NCBI GenBank assembly: GCA_963666055.2
Contig: CAXWPH010000012.1
Span: 1-64,000 of the forward strand
Length of the DNA stretch: 64,000 bases
Direction of reading: 5' to 3'
Source of the DNA: Acidobacteriota bacterium
GTDB taxonomy: Bacteria > Acidobacteriota > UBA890 > WLXD01
The translations under genes were made by a program, and so were the position numbers. Shown one piece after another: positions 20,088-30,050 of this stretch. The notes below the pieces were generated by a model. It saw only the letters and a program-made list of their open reading frames with translations, had not been told where the DNA came from and did not search any database. The stretch's first letter is position 1; each line of letters begins with the position of its first letter.

Positions 20088-22512
20088 TCAGCGTTGTGTC
20101 CCGTCTCGGAGCTGCAATCCAAGACGCGCGTGCTGGTTGGAGAGCTCGTTTCTGCCGAGTCGATTGTAGATATCCGCCAGCAAGAGATGACCCAGCACCT
20201 GGTCCTGCCTGGTCACTTCTTGCGGCACTCCGCGCGCAGTCGACGACTCGAGTCGCTCCAGCGCCCCCTCGACGAGCGACACGGCCTCGTCGAGGCGCTC
20301 GTTCTTCAGCAGGTAGATGCGGGCGAGGAAAAGGCGCCCACCGGCGAACTGCGGGTTGATCTCGAGGGCCAGACGCAGGTAGCGCTCCTCCTCGACGAGG
20401 TCACCGCGGTTGCGGTAGATGACGCTGAGGTTGAAGGCGGCCCTGCCGTTGCGCGGCGAGATCTCGAGCTCGCGGCGGTAGGCGGCGATCGCCTCGTCCG
20501 GCTGTTGCCGGGTCTGGAACAGCAAGGCACGTTGGAAGTGCAGATCGGCGATGCTCTCGTTGAAGCCGCGCGCCAGGTTCAGGTGTTCCTCCGCCATGCT
20601 CAGGCGGTTGCTGGCCAGCTGCACGGCCCCGAGCCCGACGTGCGCGGCGGCCATGATGTTGTTCGCCGGAGCATCCTCGTTGAGGCGCAACGCCTCGTTG
20701 AAATAGGTCGCCGCCTCGGTGTAGGAGCGCCTCGCCTGCTTGATGCGCCCGAGGCTGATGTACAGCCGGGCATCCTGGACCGCCCGGCGCCCCCCCGGCT
20801 CCAGGACGCCGATGAAGTCCAGCAACACCTTCTCGGCCTCGTCCAACCGACCGGACTTCCTCTGCGTGCTGGTAAGAAAGAGCACCAGGGCCGCGTCCTC
20901 GGGCCGCAGAGAGAGGGCGGTCTCGAAGGCTTCGATCGCTTCGTCGTAGCGGAGCTGCTCGACGAGCAGGTTGCCGAGCGACTGGTGTGCATCGACTACT
21001 CCGGCATCCGCGGCGATGACCCCCCGCAGGAGCAGCTCGGCCTCGGCCATCTCGTCATTGACGGTCAGACGGCGGGCCCGCAGCAGGTCGTTGTAGATCT
21101 CGATCTTGTCCCTCGGGTTGGCGCGCTCGACGTCCGGGTCGTCCGCATCGGCGCTGGCGTTGCCGATGTACCCGAGTGCGGCGAGCCGCTGGAGAGTCTC
21201 CTGGTCGAGCGTGACGGTGTCCGCCGGGTTGGCGTTCTCCTCGAGCTGCGCCACCAGCTCCTCGGCCTCCCGGCGCAGCGCCTCCGCCGTGGCGGCGCGC
21301 TCTGATGCGAGGTTCTGCTGCTCCTCGGGGTCCTGAAGAAGATCGTAGAGCTCCGGCTCGGGCGAGATGATGAGCTTGTGGGTGGGCTCGAGGATCGCCT
21401 GGAGCTCGCTCCAGCCGAAATGCAGGCGCGGGTAGAAGGTCTCGGCATAGACGCGCTCGTCGGTCCTGCCCTCGACCTCGGCGTCGTTGGTAAACAGCGG
21501 TACCAGGCTCCTGCCATGCACCTGCCCGGGGGTCTCCAGCCCGGTCAACTCCAGCACGGTCGGCATGACGTCGATCAACGAGACCAGTTCGTGGCGCCGG
21601 ATGCCCTGCGGCTCGTCGAACGGGGTGGCGATGATCAGCGGCACCCGGATGGCCGACTCGTATAGCAGCAGCCCGTGCTCGTTCTCCCCGTGCTCGCCCG
21701 AGGCTCTCGCCGTGATCGGCTGCCACCACCACGTAGGTGTCGTCGGAGCGGCCGGAGTCGTCCAACCACGAGGTCAGCCGGCCCACCAAGGAGTCGGTCC
21801 AGGCGATCTCACCAACGTAGGGGTTGGCGTATCGTGACCTGAAAGGTTCGGGTGGCTCGTATGGGGTATGCGGGTCGTACAGGTGAACCCACATGAAGAA
21901 CGGGGTCGTGTCGTCCTCGCCGGCCCACGCCAGGGCGGTATCGACGACCTCTGATCCGGGGCGCTGCACGCGGCTCAGAAAGATCGCTCGCTGCTTGGGC
22001 ATCTCGAACTCGTCGAAGTACCGGTCGAACCCCTGGGCCAGGCCCCAGCGCGAGTCGAGGACGAAGGCTCCGACGAAGGCGCCGGTGCGGTAGCCGGCCT
22101 CCTGGAAGCTCTCGGCCAGGGTCTGCAGCCCTTCCGGCGCGACGTGTACGCCGTTGTCGCGCACCCCGTGGTAGGGCGGGTGGGTGCCAGTGAACAGCGA
22201 CGTGTGCGAGGGCAGCGTCAGCGGCGTCGAGGCGTAGGCGCGCATGAAGGTAACGCCGCGGGCGGCAAGCCCATCGATAACAGGTGTGTCGATCTCGTCG
22301 AAGCCGTATACGCCGAGTCGATCGGCGCGCGTCGTGTCGAGCGTCACCAGCAGGACGTTGAGCTTGCGGTCGCCGCGGAGCTGGTCGAGATTGGCCCCCG
22401 GGGACGCTCCCGGGCCACAGCTGATCGTCAGCAGGATGATCGCGGACACGGACGCGAGAACGGCGAGCGCACCAGGTCGCGGCACACGCCGACCGCGCTC
22501 GAAGCTCGGCAT
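20088..22512 (-). CDS. Sulfatase-like hydrolase fused to TPR repeats; +1 frameshift at ~21698
   Basis: NVLLVTLDTTRADRLG, PLTLPSHTSLFTG, WVHLYDPH, ADHGESLG|EHGENEHG, LAALGYI, then TPR helices. Start approximate. Confidence 0.88.
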
Positions 22513-22814
22513 CCTACTCGCCTCATCGCCAGGGGTCGTGGGGATCGACCGCGCGGTGCGGGCCGCCATCCGTGGTCGGGACGCGGCGCGGCCGGTGCGG
22601 ATCCTCCCAGATATTAGCCCGGATTTCCCAGATGGATCTTTGATCCCGGTCACAGCTCATGATGGGCGGTAGCCATCGTTTGCGCAGCGAATCTCTTGAG
22701 GAGCCCAACGATCGGTGGTTGTATCCAGGCGTCCCGATACTGACCAAGCCAAGAGCCTGACTCGACCAGGGGCATCTCGGAAATCCCGGGAGGTAGACAG
22801 TGGCTGGAGGATCG

Positions 22815-24615
22815 ATGACGGAAACCAGGCCCGGGCTGTGGATCGCTTTGCTGGCGAGCTTGAGCATAACGGCTTGTCAGCCGTCAACGGAGGACGCGTC
22901 GCCAGGCGATGCTGGCGGTCCTGCCGATTTGGTCCTGCAGGGCGGTAAGTTCTTTACCGTCGACGAAGCCCAGGTCTGGGCTGAAGCCGTCGCGATCAAG
23001 CACGGTAGGTTCGTCTACGTCGGCGACAACACTGGCGTACAGGACTTCGTTGGCCCCGATACCGATCGCTATGACCTCGGCGGCAAGCTGGCAATTCCCG
23101 GTCTAGTGGATTCCCATACACACCCAGGTCTGATGGGGCGGGAGACGGCCGGGTATACCGCGGTCCCCGTGGGTGGTGGTCCCAGAGGGACGCTGCCCAG
23201 GGGCGGGAGCAAGGAGGAGATCCTCGCTGCGGTGGAGGCGTATGCCCAAGCCAACCCGGACCTTGCCTGGATCGAGATGGGTAGTTGGTCCGGGGATCTG
23301 TACGGCGTCGCGGGCCCACACAGGAGAGATTTGGATCGCGTCGTACCGGATCGACCGGTGCAGTTAGGAAGCGTCCATAGCGTTTGGGTCAATTCCGTGG
23401 CGCTCGAGATGATGGGGGTGGACAGCAATACACCCGATCCGGTACCCGGTCTCTCATACTTCGTACGGGATGCCGATGGGGAGCCTACCGGCTGGATCAA
23501 GGAATGGGCCGCCTGGCCCTATGCGCAGCACCTTACTGACGTTGACCGGGAGTCCAACAAAGAGGGTATCGACACCTTCTTGGAGTACCTGTCAGGCCAC
23601 GGCGTTACTTCACTCTTGGACGCTGGCAACAACAACTACCACGATCTCACGTACTCGCTGCTGGCTGAGCTAGAGGCAGCCGGTCGCCTGCCGGTTCGCT
23701 ACGAGGGCAGCTATCACATCTACTTGCCCGATCAGGTGCCCGATGCGATCGATGAGCTACAGCGGCTGCGCCGCACCTACGGCAGCGAGCGGCTACGGTT
23801 CAACACCATCAAGATTCACTTCGACGGCACCAATGAGATTCGTACCGGCGCGCTGCTCGAGCCGTTCAGCGATGACCCGGGCAACCGGGGCGCTACCCCT
23901 GCTCGACACCGAGCAACTGCGTGACTTCATCGTGCAGCTTCACGAAGCCAGGATCGATCTGCACTTGCACATCCTGGGCGACCGCGGCATTCGCATCGCA
24001 CTGGATGCGGTGGAAGCAGCGCGCAGGTCGGTCGACGGCGAACTCTATCCACGCGTCACCATCTGCCACCTGGACATCATCGATACGGCTGACTACCCCC
24101 GTTTCAAACCGCTGGGTGTCATTGCCAACTACACGCCCCAATGGCACGGCCTGGGAGACCGACCGCCGCTGACCGCCGGTACCCTTGGCCCCCGCTTCGA
24201 AAGGATGTTGCTGGTGCAGCCGTTACTGGATGACGGCGCGGTCGTGACCTTCTCCAGCGACGTGGTGTCGCTCAGCGGCATGGAGCGGGCCAACCCTTAT
24301 CTGGGGATGCAGATCGGCCACAACCGCCAATACCATCAACAAGGTGAGGCTGCGCCGATAAGGCTGCCGATGACCGAACGCCTGGACCTGGAGGATCTAA
24401 TCAAAGGATATACCTTGAGCGGCGCCTATCAGCTCCGCATGGAGGACCAGCTCGGCTCGATTGAGGTGGGCAAGCTCGCCGATCTGGTCGTGCTCGATCG
24501 CAACCTGTTTGAAATCGATCGCTACGAGATCCACGAGGTTCGACCCGAAGCGGTCATCATGGAAGGCGAGATCATCAGGGGAAGCTTAGACGGTGGCGCG
24601 GAGATGAGACCCTAG
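22815..24615 (+). CDS. Amidohydrolase-3 lipoprotein paralog 2; +1 frameshift at ~23897
   Basis: Close copy of 12470-14266 along its whole length. CCCC at 23896-23899 has one extra base relative to the paralog reading (GAT-LLDTE). Confidence 0.9.
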
Positions 24616-24619
24616 CGAC

Positions 24620-24792
24620 GGGGGCAGGGGCTGACTGCAGAATGGGCAGGTATCGTCCCGGACATGGCTGACAACCGCCGCAAGCCACGCCTCGCCATGC
24701 TCTTCCATGCCGTGAGCCGCGATCTGGTTGGCTACCCTCTGGCTCACGTCCTCGACCACACCTTCAAGGGTGCGCCGGAGAACTGGCTCCAC
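24620..24792 (-). pseudogene. Internal fragment resembling an AAA_13/RloC-like ATPase zinc-hook region
   Basis: ...VANQIAAHGMEEHGEAWL...DTCPFCSQPL. No start or other domains nearby. Recognised from memory only. Confidence 0.4.
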
Positions 24793-25029
24793 CGATGCAG
24801 GCAGTGTTGGTAACTCGACGGAGCTAAGAGCGGGTCGCTCGCGGCCGATTCTCCTTTTGAAGAGGGGGCTCGACGCGCTCTAATACTACGAGCGAGCCCC
24901 GCTGACACTTCTAAGAGTCCACTGCGCACCGGCGGGGGGCTATGAGACCCATCTCGGAGTGCTTTCGCAGTTCCTGAGTCTCTTGCGCAGGTCGGGAGCG
25001 GAGGGGGCGCGAGGCGCCCCGATGCCCGA

Positions 25030-26514
25030 CTAGCGGCGTCGCAACGGCTTGACCACGAGCTCCCAGGCAGCGTGGTCATCCGGTCCGGAGGGGCCGATCT
25101 TGCCCTTGGCCATCTCCAGCAGCTCCGCCGGGTCGTAGACCACCCCCGCCTTCACCACCAGGCGCACGTTGCGCGCGTTGGAGATGTCCTCCAGCGGGTT
25201 GCCCTCAGCGACGTACAGATCGGCGAGCTTGCCGGGTTCGATCGACCCGAGCCGGTCGACTACCCCGAGCGCTCGCGCTCCGTTGATGGTTGCGGCCTTG
25301 AGCACCGCCGCCGGGGGCAGCCCGGCTTGGACCATGATCATGAGCTCACGATGGTAGGCGAAGCCTGGCAGCCAGGGACCGGAGGTCGGCTCGTCGGTGC
25401 CGACGATGATGAGGTCGCCGCCACCCGACTCGAACAGGGCGCCGAGTTCGGCGATGTGCCGGCGGGAACTCCTCGACACGACGTACTCGCTCCCCGGCTC
25501 GGCCCCGGACGCCGCCTTTCGGGCACGAATCCGCTGCTGCGCGTACGGCGTGAAGAACTCGTATTCGTCCACCCAGACCAGGTCGAGCGACGGGTGGCCG
25601 GTGGGGTCCCCGTCATAGCGGGAGTACATCTGCAGGTTGGAGTCGAAATACACTCCCTCCTCGAGAAAGAGGTTGATCATGCGCTCCAGCTCGGCCGGAT
25701 CGTCACCCCTCCCGCTCCTGATCCCGTGCTCGATCCGGTCCAGTCCCATGGCGATGGCTTCATCGGGCTCGACGTCGTAGGACCCCGCGTAGTTGCCAAG
25801 GTGACTGGTCGTGGTCATGCCCCGGCGATGCGCCTGGTCGATGAGAATGCGCATCTCCTCGGGCGTCGCCTGCTTGATCTTGATGCTGCGTACGCCGCGC
25901 TGCGCCCAGTAGTCCACTTCGGCGCGAATCTCTTGTTCGGTGATGTCGTTCGGCCACGCGATGCAGTCGTCCTCCGCCGTCTTGATCTGGTATTCGCACC
26001 GGAAGGCACCGAAGTACGGCCCCGAGACGAAAAGGCGGGTACCGATTGCCTCACCGCGGTCGATCCGATCGCGCCTCTCGATGACGCGCTCGGGGAAGAA
26101 CTCACCCGCCGACCAGGTGGCGGTGACACCGTTGGCCAGGAAGATGATCGAGTTGTATGTGACCTCCTCGGCCCGCCCGATGCCCACCATGTTCATGTTG
26201 AGGTGGCCGTGTAAATCGATCATCCCGGGCAAGATCGTGGCGCCGTCATCGAGCTCGATCTTCCGGGCGGCCGGAAAATAGCGGCCGCTGAGGTCGGCGC
26301 CGACCTCGACGAACTTGCCGTCACGGATGACGATCCCGGTGTTGCGGACACGCGCGTCGCCAACGCCGTCGAACAGCCAGCCGCCGGTGATCACGACCTC
26401 GCGCGGCGGCGCTTGTGCCCACTGCGCGGCTGCCGGAGACGTCCACACCGCCATCACAGCCGTGAGCAAGGCCAGGCGCATGAAGATGAACGCTCGCACC
26501 GGTCTCGTCTTCAT
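25030..26514 (-). CDS. Secreted amidohydrolase family protein (imidazolonepropionase-like fold)
   Basis: Signal peptide ending AAA-Q, PGMIDLHGH, TSHL, IEHG, VGTD, GSIEPGKLADL. Confidence 0.88.
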   Translation of the reverse strand: MKTRPVRAFIFMRLALLTAVMAVWTSPAAAQWAQAPPREVVITGGWLFDGVGDARVRNTGIVIRDGKFVEVGADLSGRYFPAARKIELDDGATILPGMIDLHGHLNMNMVGIGRAEEVTYNSIIFLANGVTATWSAGEFFPERVIERRDRIDRGEAIGTRLFVSGPYFGAFRCEYQIKTAEDDCIAWPNDITEQEIRAEVDYWAQRGVRSIKIKQATPEEMRILIDQAHRRGMTTTSHLGNYAGSYDVEPDEAIAMGLDRIEHGIRSGRGDDPAELERMINLFLEEGVYFDSNLQMYSRYDGDPTGHPSLDLVWVDEYEFFTPYAQQRIRARKAASGAEPGSEYVVSRSSRRHIAELGALFESGGGDLIIVGTDEPTSGPWLPGFAYHRELMIMVQAGLPPAAVLKAATINGARALGVVDRLGSIEPGKLADLYVAEGNPLEDISNARNVRLVVKAGVVYDPAELLEMAKGKIGPSGPDDHAAWELVVKPLRRR

Positions 26515-26989
26515 TTCTCACCTATCAGGTTGGCGTCTTGACCCGGAATTTCCCAGATAACCCGTGTTCGGTCACGCGATAAGCTCTGGCCAACAGCAAC
26601 GGCGCGCTATTTAACATAGATTCACGATTCTGTCGACCGCGAGACGGGCCGGAGGACGACGCCAATGGCTTGACGAATCGATCCAGGGATCTTCTTCCGA
26701 ATCGATAGCGGTTTAATCGCCTTTGCGCAGGCCCTCCGTCTCGAGTGACACTCGTTCCCATTGCCAGAGTGAGTGAAAGCAACGGCAAGAGTGATGTCAG
26801 GGCCGGCAAAAGGCGAGCCTTGCGTTCGTACTCGTTGCTCAGTGCCAGGAGGCTAAGCCAACTTCTCGTCGCCATTCTCTGTCAATCTTCGCACGCGAGA
26901 CTGGGAAGGCTGGGCCGCATGCTTCATCGAGGAAGGCGTTTTCGTACCGCCCAACCAGCCCAGTGTCCACGGCCGCTCGGTGCTTGTTG

Positions 26990-27205
26990 AATACGGGAAC
27001 GGTTTACCCGAGATATCCGCCTTCGCGTTCTCCGATGTGCACTTTCAGGGCAGCGGCGACGTGGCCGTCGGCTGGTCGGCTTATGAGATGACGATGCTGA
27101 TCGACGGACAGGAGGTCAAGGACGTGGGATCGCAGCTGTTCTACTGCGTGGGGCACACCGGAAGCTGGCAGGTAGTGCGCTGGATGTACAACTCGGACTT
27201 CCTGG
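26990..27205 (+). pseudogene. C-terminal fragment of an NTF2/DUF4440 (SnoaL-like) protein
   Basis: GSGDVAVGWSAYEMTM...KDVGSQL...GSWQVVRWMYNSD. N-terminus absent. Confidence 0.5.
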
Positions 27206-27259
27206 GGTGGGCTGAGGAGCGAGGCCCTGCATTGCGACAGGCACTCGGTGGTCGCCGGC

Positions 27260-27505
27260 CTAGTCCCTTCGTGGGGGAATCCTCTTAGGCGGCAGTCTGG
27301 TCGCGCTTGGTATCGCCGCCGGGACACCGGCGAGCTTGCGACCGCCGGGGTACAGACAAAGTGAGCAGCCGTCTCGCTTGATGACGTTGCGGATGGCATC
27401 GAGCGTGTACCAGAGCCGGCCACAGGCGCCGCAGATCGACCAGCGGTAGACTCGGCCGCGGCACTTGTTCCGCTTGTAGAGGATCCGGTCGGGAGCCAGG
27501 CGCAT
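27260..27505 (-). CDS. Small basic Cys-rich hypothetical protein (possible zinc ribbon)
   Basis: CGAC...CSLC pair, with a possible RBS (GAGG) upstream of the ATG at 27505. Confidence 0.35.
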   Translation of the reverse strand: MRLAPDRILYKRNKCRGRVYRWSICGACGRLWYTLDAIRNVIKRDGCSLCLYPGGRKLAGVPAAIPSATRLPPKRIPPRRD

Positions 27506-27895
27506 TATCGCCTCGGCCTTCGGATCCCTCGCAAGCGCCCACTTCCTACCCACAACCCCTAATCGTCGCACACCCGCCATGCCGCCTCGCGAGAGCCATG
27601 CCCTGCCTAGAATAGAAAGACGGTTGGCAACCAGACGCGTGCAGAGGCGACGGGCTCGAACACGGTGATGCTTAATGCTTGCCCGTCCGAAGGGGGCCTA
27701 CGAAGCCGTGCTCTTGGCCCCTGCCACTGCTGGGCTGGCTAGATTCACCCGGCGACGCCCAGGTCGTAGAACCTGGTGATCTTTGTCCCTGCCGGTACCT
27801 CGCCAACACCCTTCGTTTGCCACGTAATAGTGATGATCTCGGTGTTTATCTCAGTCATTGATTGTTCGATCTGGTGGCCTCGTGCACGGTGCCAT

Positions 27896-28945
27896 TCAGA
27901 AGATCGCCACCGGATTCACCGGCGAGCCTGACCCACCTCGGATTCGCAGAGGAGCGGCGACGAAGAAGAACGTCTGCCGATTCATCTCGACGGCCGTGCG
28001 GGCGAGAGCCTCGAAATCAAGGTTGTCGAACAGGGGCATTCCCATCGCAGCGATGGTGAGCATGTGGAACGGATCCGAGATGCCCGCGACAAGGGTGGGA
28101 TAGCGCTCGTTGGCTCCGTCGCCGCCTACGGCCGCTACCCCGCGCTGCCGCAGCCAGCGCGCAACAGATGGATGGAGTCCGGCCGAACCCTCATCAGCTT
28201 CCCGACACTGTTGCAGAACTTCTTCTATCGGCGTCTCGGAGCCGAGCGTGGCGCCAGCGCAATACAGCGTCCAGCGGCCCTGAGCCGCTTCCCTGGCCCA
28301 TCTGCCGGTGCGCACGAGGAGCACGTCGCCTTCGCCGACGCGTTCACCGGTGCTCCGCTCCCATGCCTCCAGATCCGCCACAGTCACTAGGGTTCGCGGC
28401 TCTAGGTATTCGACCTCTTCGAGGCGGGGTAGATCAATCAGTACGCCACGCGAGGCGATGCCGTCTCGCATCACGTGGACGCCAAGAACGACGGATCCCG
28501 ATTCTGTCAGGGTCTCTACTCCATAACCGTTGTAGAACGCCTCGTCGAAGGCAGCGTGTGACAACGCGTCGAGGTGGGAGTAGGCATATCCGTGGGGAAA
28601 GATGCTCACCGTATCCTGCCCCCAGGTGACGGGTCCGTACACCGAGATGACATGGTCGTGCGTCATCCCCGGCGGGATGGCGTTCTGATTCTCACCGGGA
28701 ACCAGGTCATGTGCGAGGGACACGACGATGCCCTCCCGGACCAGCGCCGCAGCCGACTGTCTGATGGCGGGCGTGATCAGATTGAGCGTGCCCAGCCGGT
28801 CCTCGGCACCCCATCGGCCCGTGTTGGACAGCTCCTCAGCCAAACTCCTGAGCTCGGTCAGAGAGACCGGCCGTTCTTCTTGGGCCGCGACCACATTGAG
28901 GTTGCCGGCCAGGACCAAAACCACGAATAGACACTTGCGTAGCAT
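27896..28945 (-). CDS. Secreted cyclase-family (kynurenine formamidase-like) metal-dependent hydrolase
   Basis: Signal peptide MLRKCLFVVLVLAG, NTGRWGAEDRLGTLN, SHLDALSH, RGVLID, GDVLLVRTG, DNLDFE, GGSGSPVNPVAIF. Confidence 0.9.
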   Translation of the reverse strand: MLRKCLFVVLVLAGNLNVVAAQEERPVSLTELRSLAEELSNTGRWGAEDRLGTLNLITPAIRQSAAALVREGIVVSLAHDLVPGENQNAIPPGMTHDHVISVYGPVTWGQDTVSIFPHGYAYSHLDALSHAAFDEAFYNGYGVETLTESGSVVLGVHVMRDGIASRGVLIDLPRLEEVEYLEPRTLVTVADLEAWERSTGERVGEGDVLLVRTGRWAREAAQGRWTLYCAGATLGSETPIEEVLQQCREADEGSAGLHPSVARWLRQRGVAAVGGDGANERYPTLVAGISDPFHMLTIAAMGMPLFDNLDFEALARTAVEMNRQTFFFVAAPLRIRGGSGSPVNPVAIF

Positions 28946-28980
28946 TGCGTACCTCAAGGTTGGGCCGCACACCGTCGGAT

Positions 28981-29077
28981 TCAATCGTGTGTCGCGGGCG
29001 CGGTAGACCTCTCCCATACCGCCAGCGGCGAGCTGCTCGGTGATCTCGTAGGGGCCTAGTTTGGTGCCGGGGTCCAT
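28981..29077 (-). pseudogene. Ser/Thr kinase N-terminal stub, in frame with the cyclase
   Basis: MDPGTKLGPYEITEQLAAGGMGEVYRARDTRLN is kinase subdomain I only. Confidence 0.85.
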
Positions 29078-29096
29078 GGCGCTACCGCAGGGGGAG

Positions 29097-29143
29097 TGGG
29101 TGAGCGCCTGAAGCCTATCGCCAGAGTCGGCGAGATCCAACGG
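29097..29143 (-). promoter_or_regulatory. Repeated sigma70-like promoter cassette, copy C
   Basis: TTGGAT (29135-29140) - 17 bp - TAGGCT (29112-29117), then TCAGGCGCTCACCC. Repeated at 31837 and 33934. Confidence 0.7.
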
Positions 29144-29441
29144 GAGGGGCTGAGGAGGCACCAAGGGCCAGCTTGCGGAATGGAGGTGGTAGCCTCAATC
29201 ACCCCGAGTTGGAACCGGATCCAGAAAGAACTCCGAGGGCTGGATCGGCTACTCGCCTGACTCGGACGGGCCGTTTGGAAGGGATCCGAAAGAGCCAAGA
29301 ACGGGTTGCCGTCGAATTCCGTGAATGCGAGGAATCGGTTTCCCGCGGGCATAATCTTGGGCACACTGGTCAAAACGGCGCACGGCCAAAGGTAGCGAAC
29401 TGCCACCCGGGAGAACGATGCAACGAAGGGAACTTCTTACC

Positions 29442-29891
29442 ATGAGCACCCGACATGCCACGATCAAGGCACTCGGCGAGATCGCGCTGCGCGTCAACGA
29501 CCTGGAGACGATGCAGAACTTCTACCAGCAGGTGATTGGACTCGAGTTGATGAAGCGCTTTCCCAACGTGGCCTTCCTGAAGATCGCAGAAGGATACGGT
29601 GGCCACGTACAGTCGCTTGCTCTGTTTGATCGATCGGGTGAGGTATACGGCCCACAGATCCACAGCAGCACGCCGGACGGCGTCAGCCCCGAACGGTCTA
29701 CGCTCGATCACTTGGCGTTCGAGATTGACCTTGCCGATTTCCAAACGGAAAGAACGCGCCTCGAAGGACTCGGGCTCGAAGTGGAGGTTGCCGAGCATGC
29801 GTGGACGAAGTGGCGGTCAATCTACGTGCTGGACCCCGAAGGCAACACCGTAGAGCTCGTATGCTTCGACGAGTCGCTGGAAGCGGATTGA
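29442..29891 (+). CDS. VOC/glyoxalase family protein
   Basis: LGEIALRVNDLE..FYQQVIGLE, LDHLAFEI, SIYVLDPEGNTVEL. Confidence 0.9.
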   Translation: MSTRHATIKALGEIALRVNDLETMQNFYQQVIGLELMKRFPNVAFLKIAEGYGGHVQSLALFDRSGEVYGPQIHSSTPDGVSPERSTLDHLAFEIDLADFQTERTRLEGLGLEVEVAEHAWTKWRSIYVLDPEGNTVELVCFDESLEAD

Positions 29892-29924
29892 TATAGCCGC
29901 CCACGGCGCCTCTGGGATCCCGTG

Positions 29925-30008
29925 AACTCCTCGGCCAGCCATACGTCGCCCATTGCCGCCCGCACCGAGCTGCTCGGTGATCTCGTAGGGGCTGGTGCCG
30001 GGTTCCAT
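29925..30008 (-). pseudogene. Second Ser/Thr kinase N-terminal stub (decayed)
   Basis: MEPGT(-)PYEITEQLGAGG/MGDVWLAEE, with a short deletion and a frameshift relative to the stub at 29077. Confidence 0.75.
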
Positions 30009-30050
30009 GGTGGGAGCGTGATGAGTGACGTCGGTAGAGGTGCCCTCGCC

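Noticed and set aside
26609-26636. dif-like site (minus strand ...CTATGTTAAAT resembles the XerD arm)
   Set aside because: Only the XerD half matches. The XerC half lacks the ...CATAA pattern at the 6-bp spacing.
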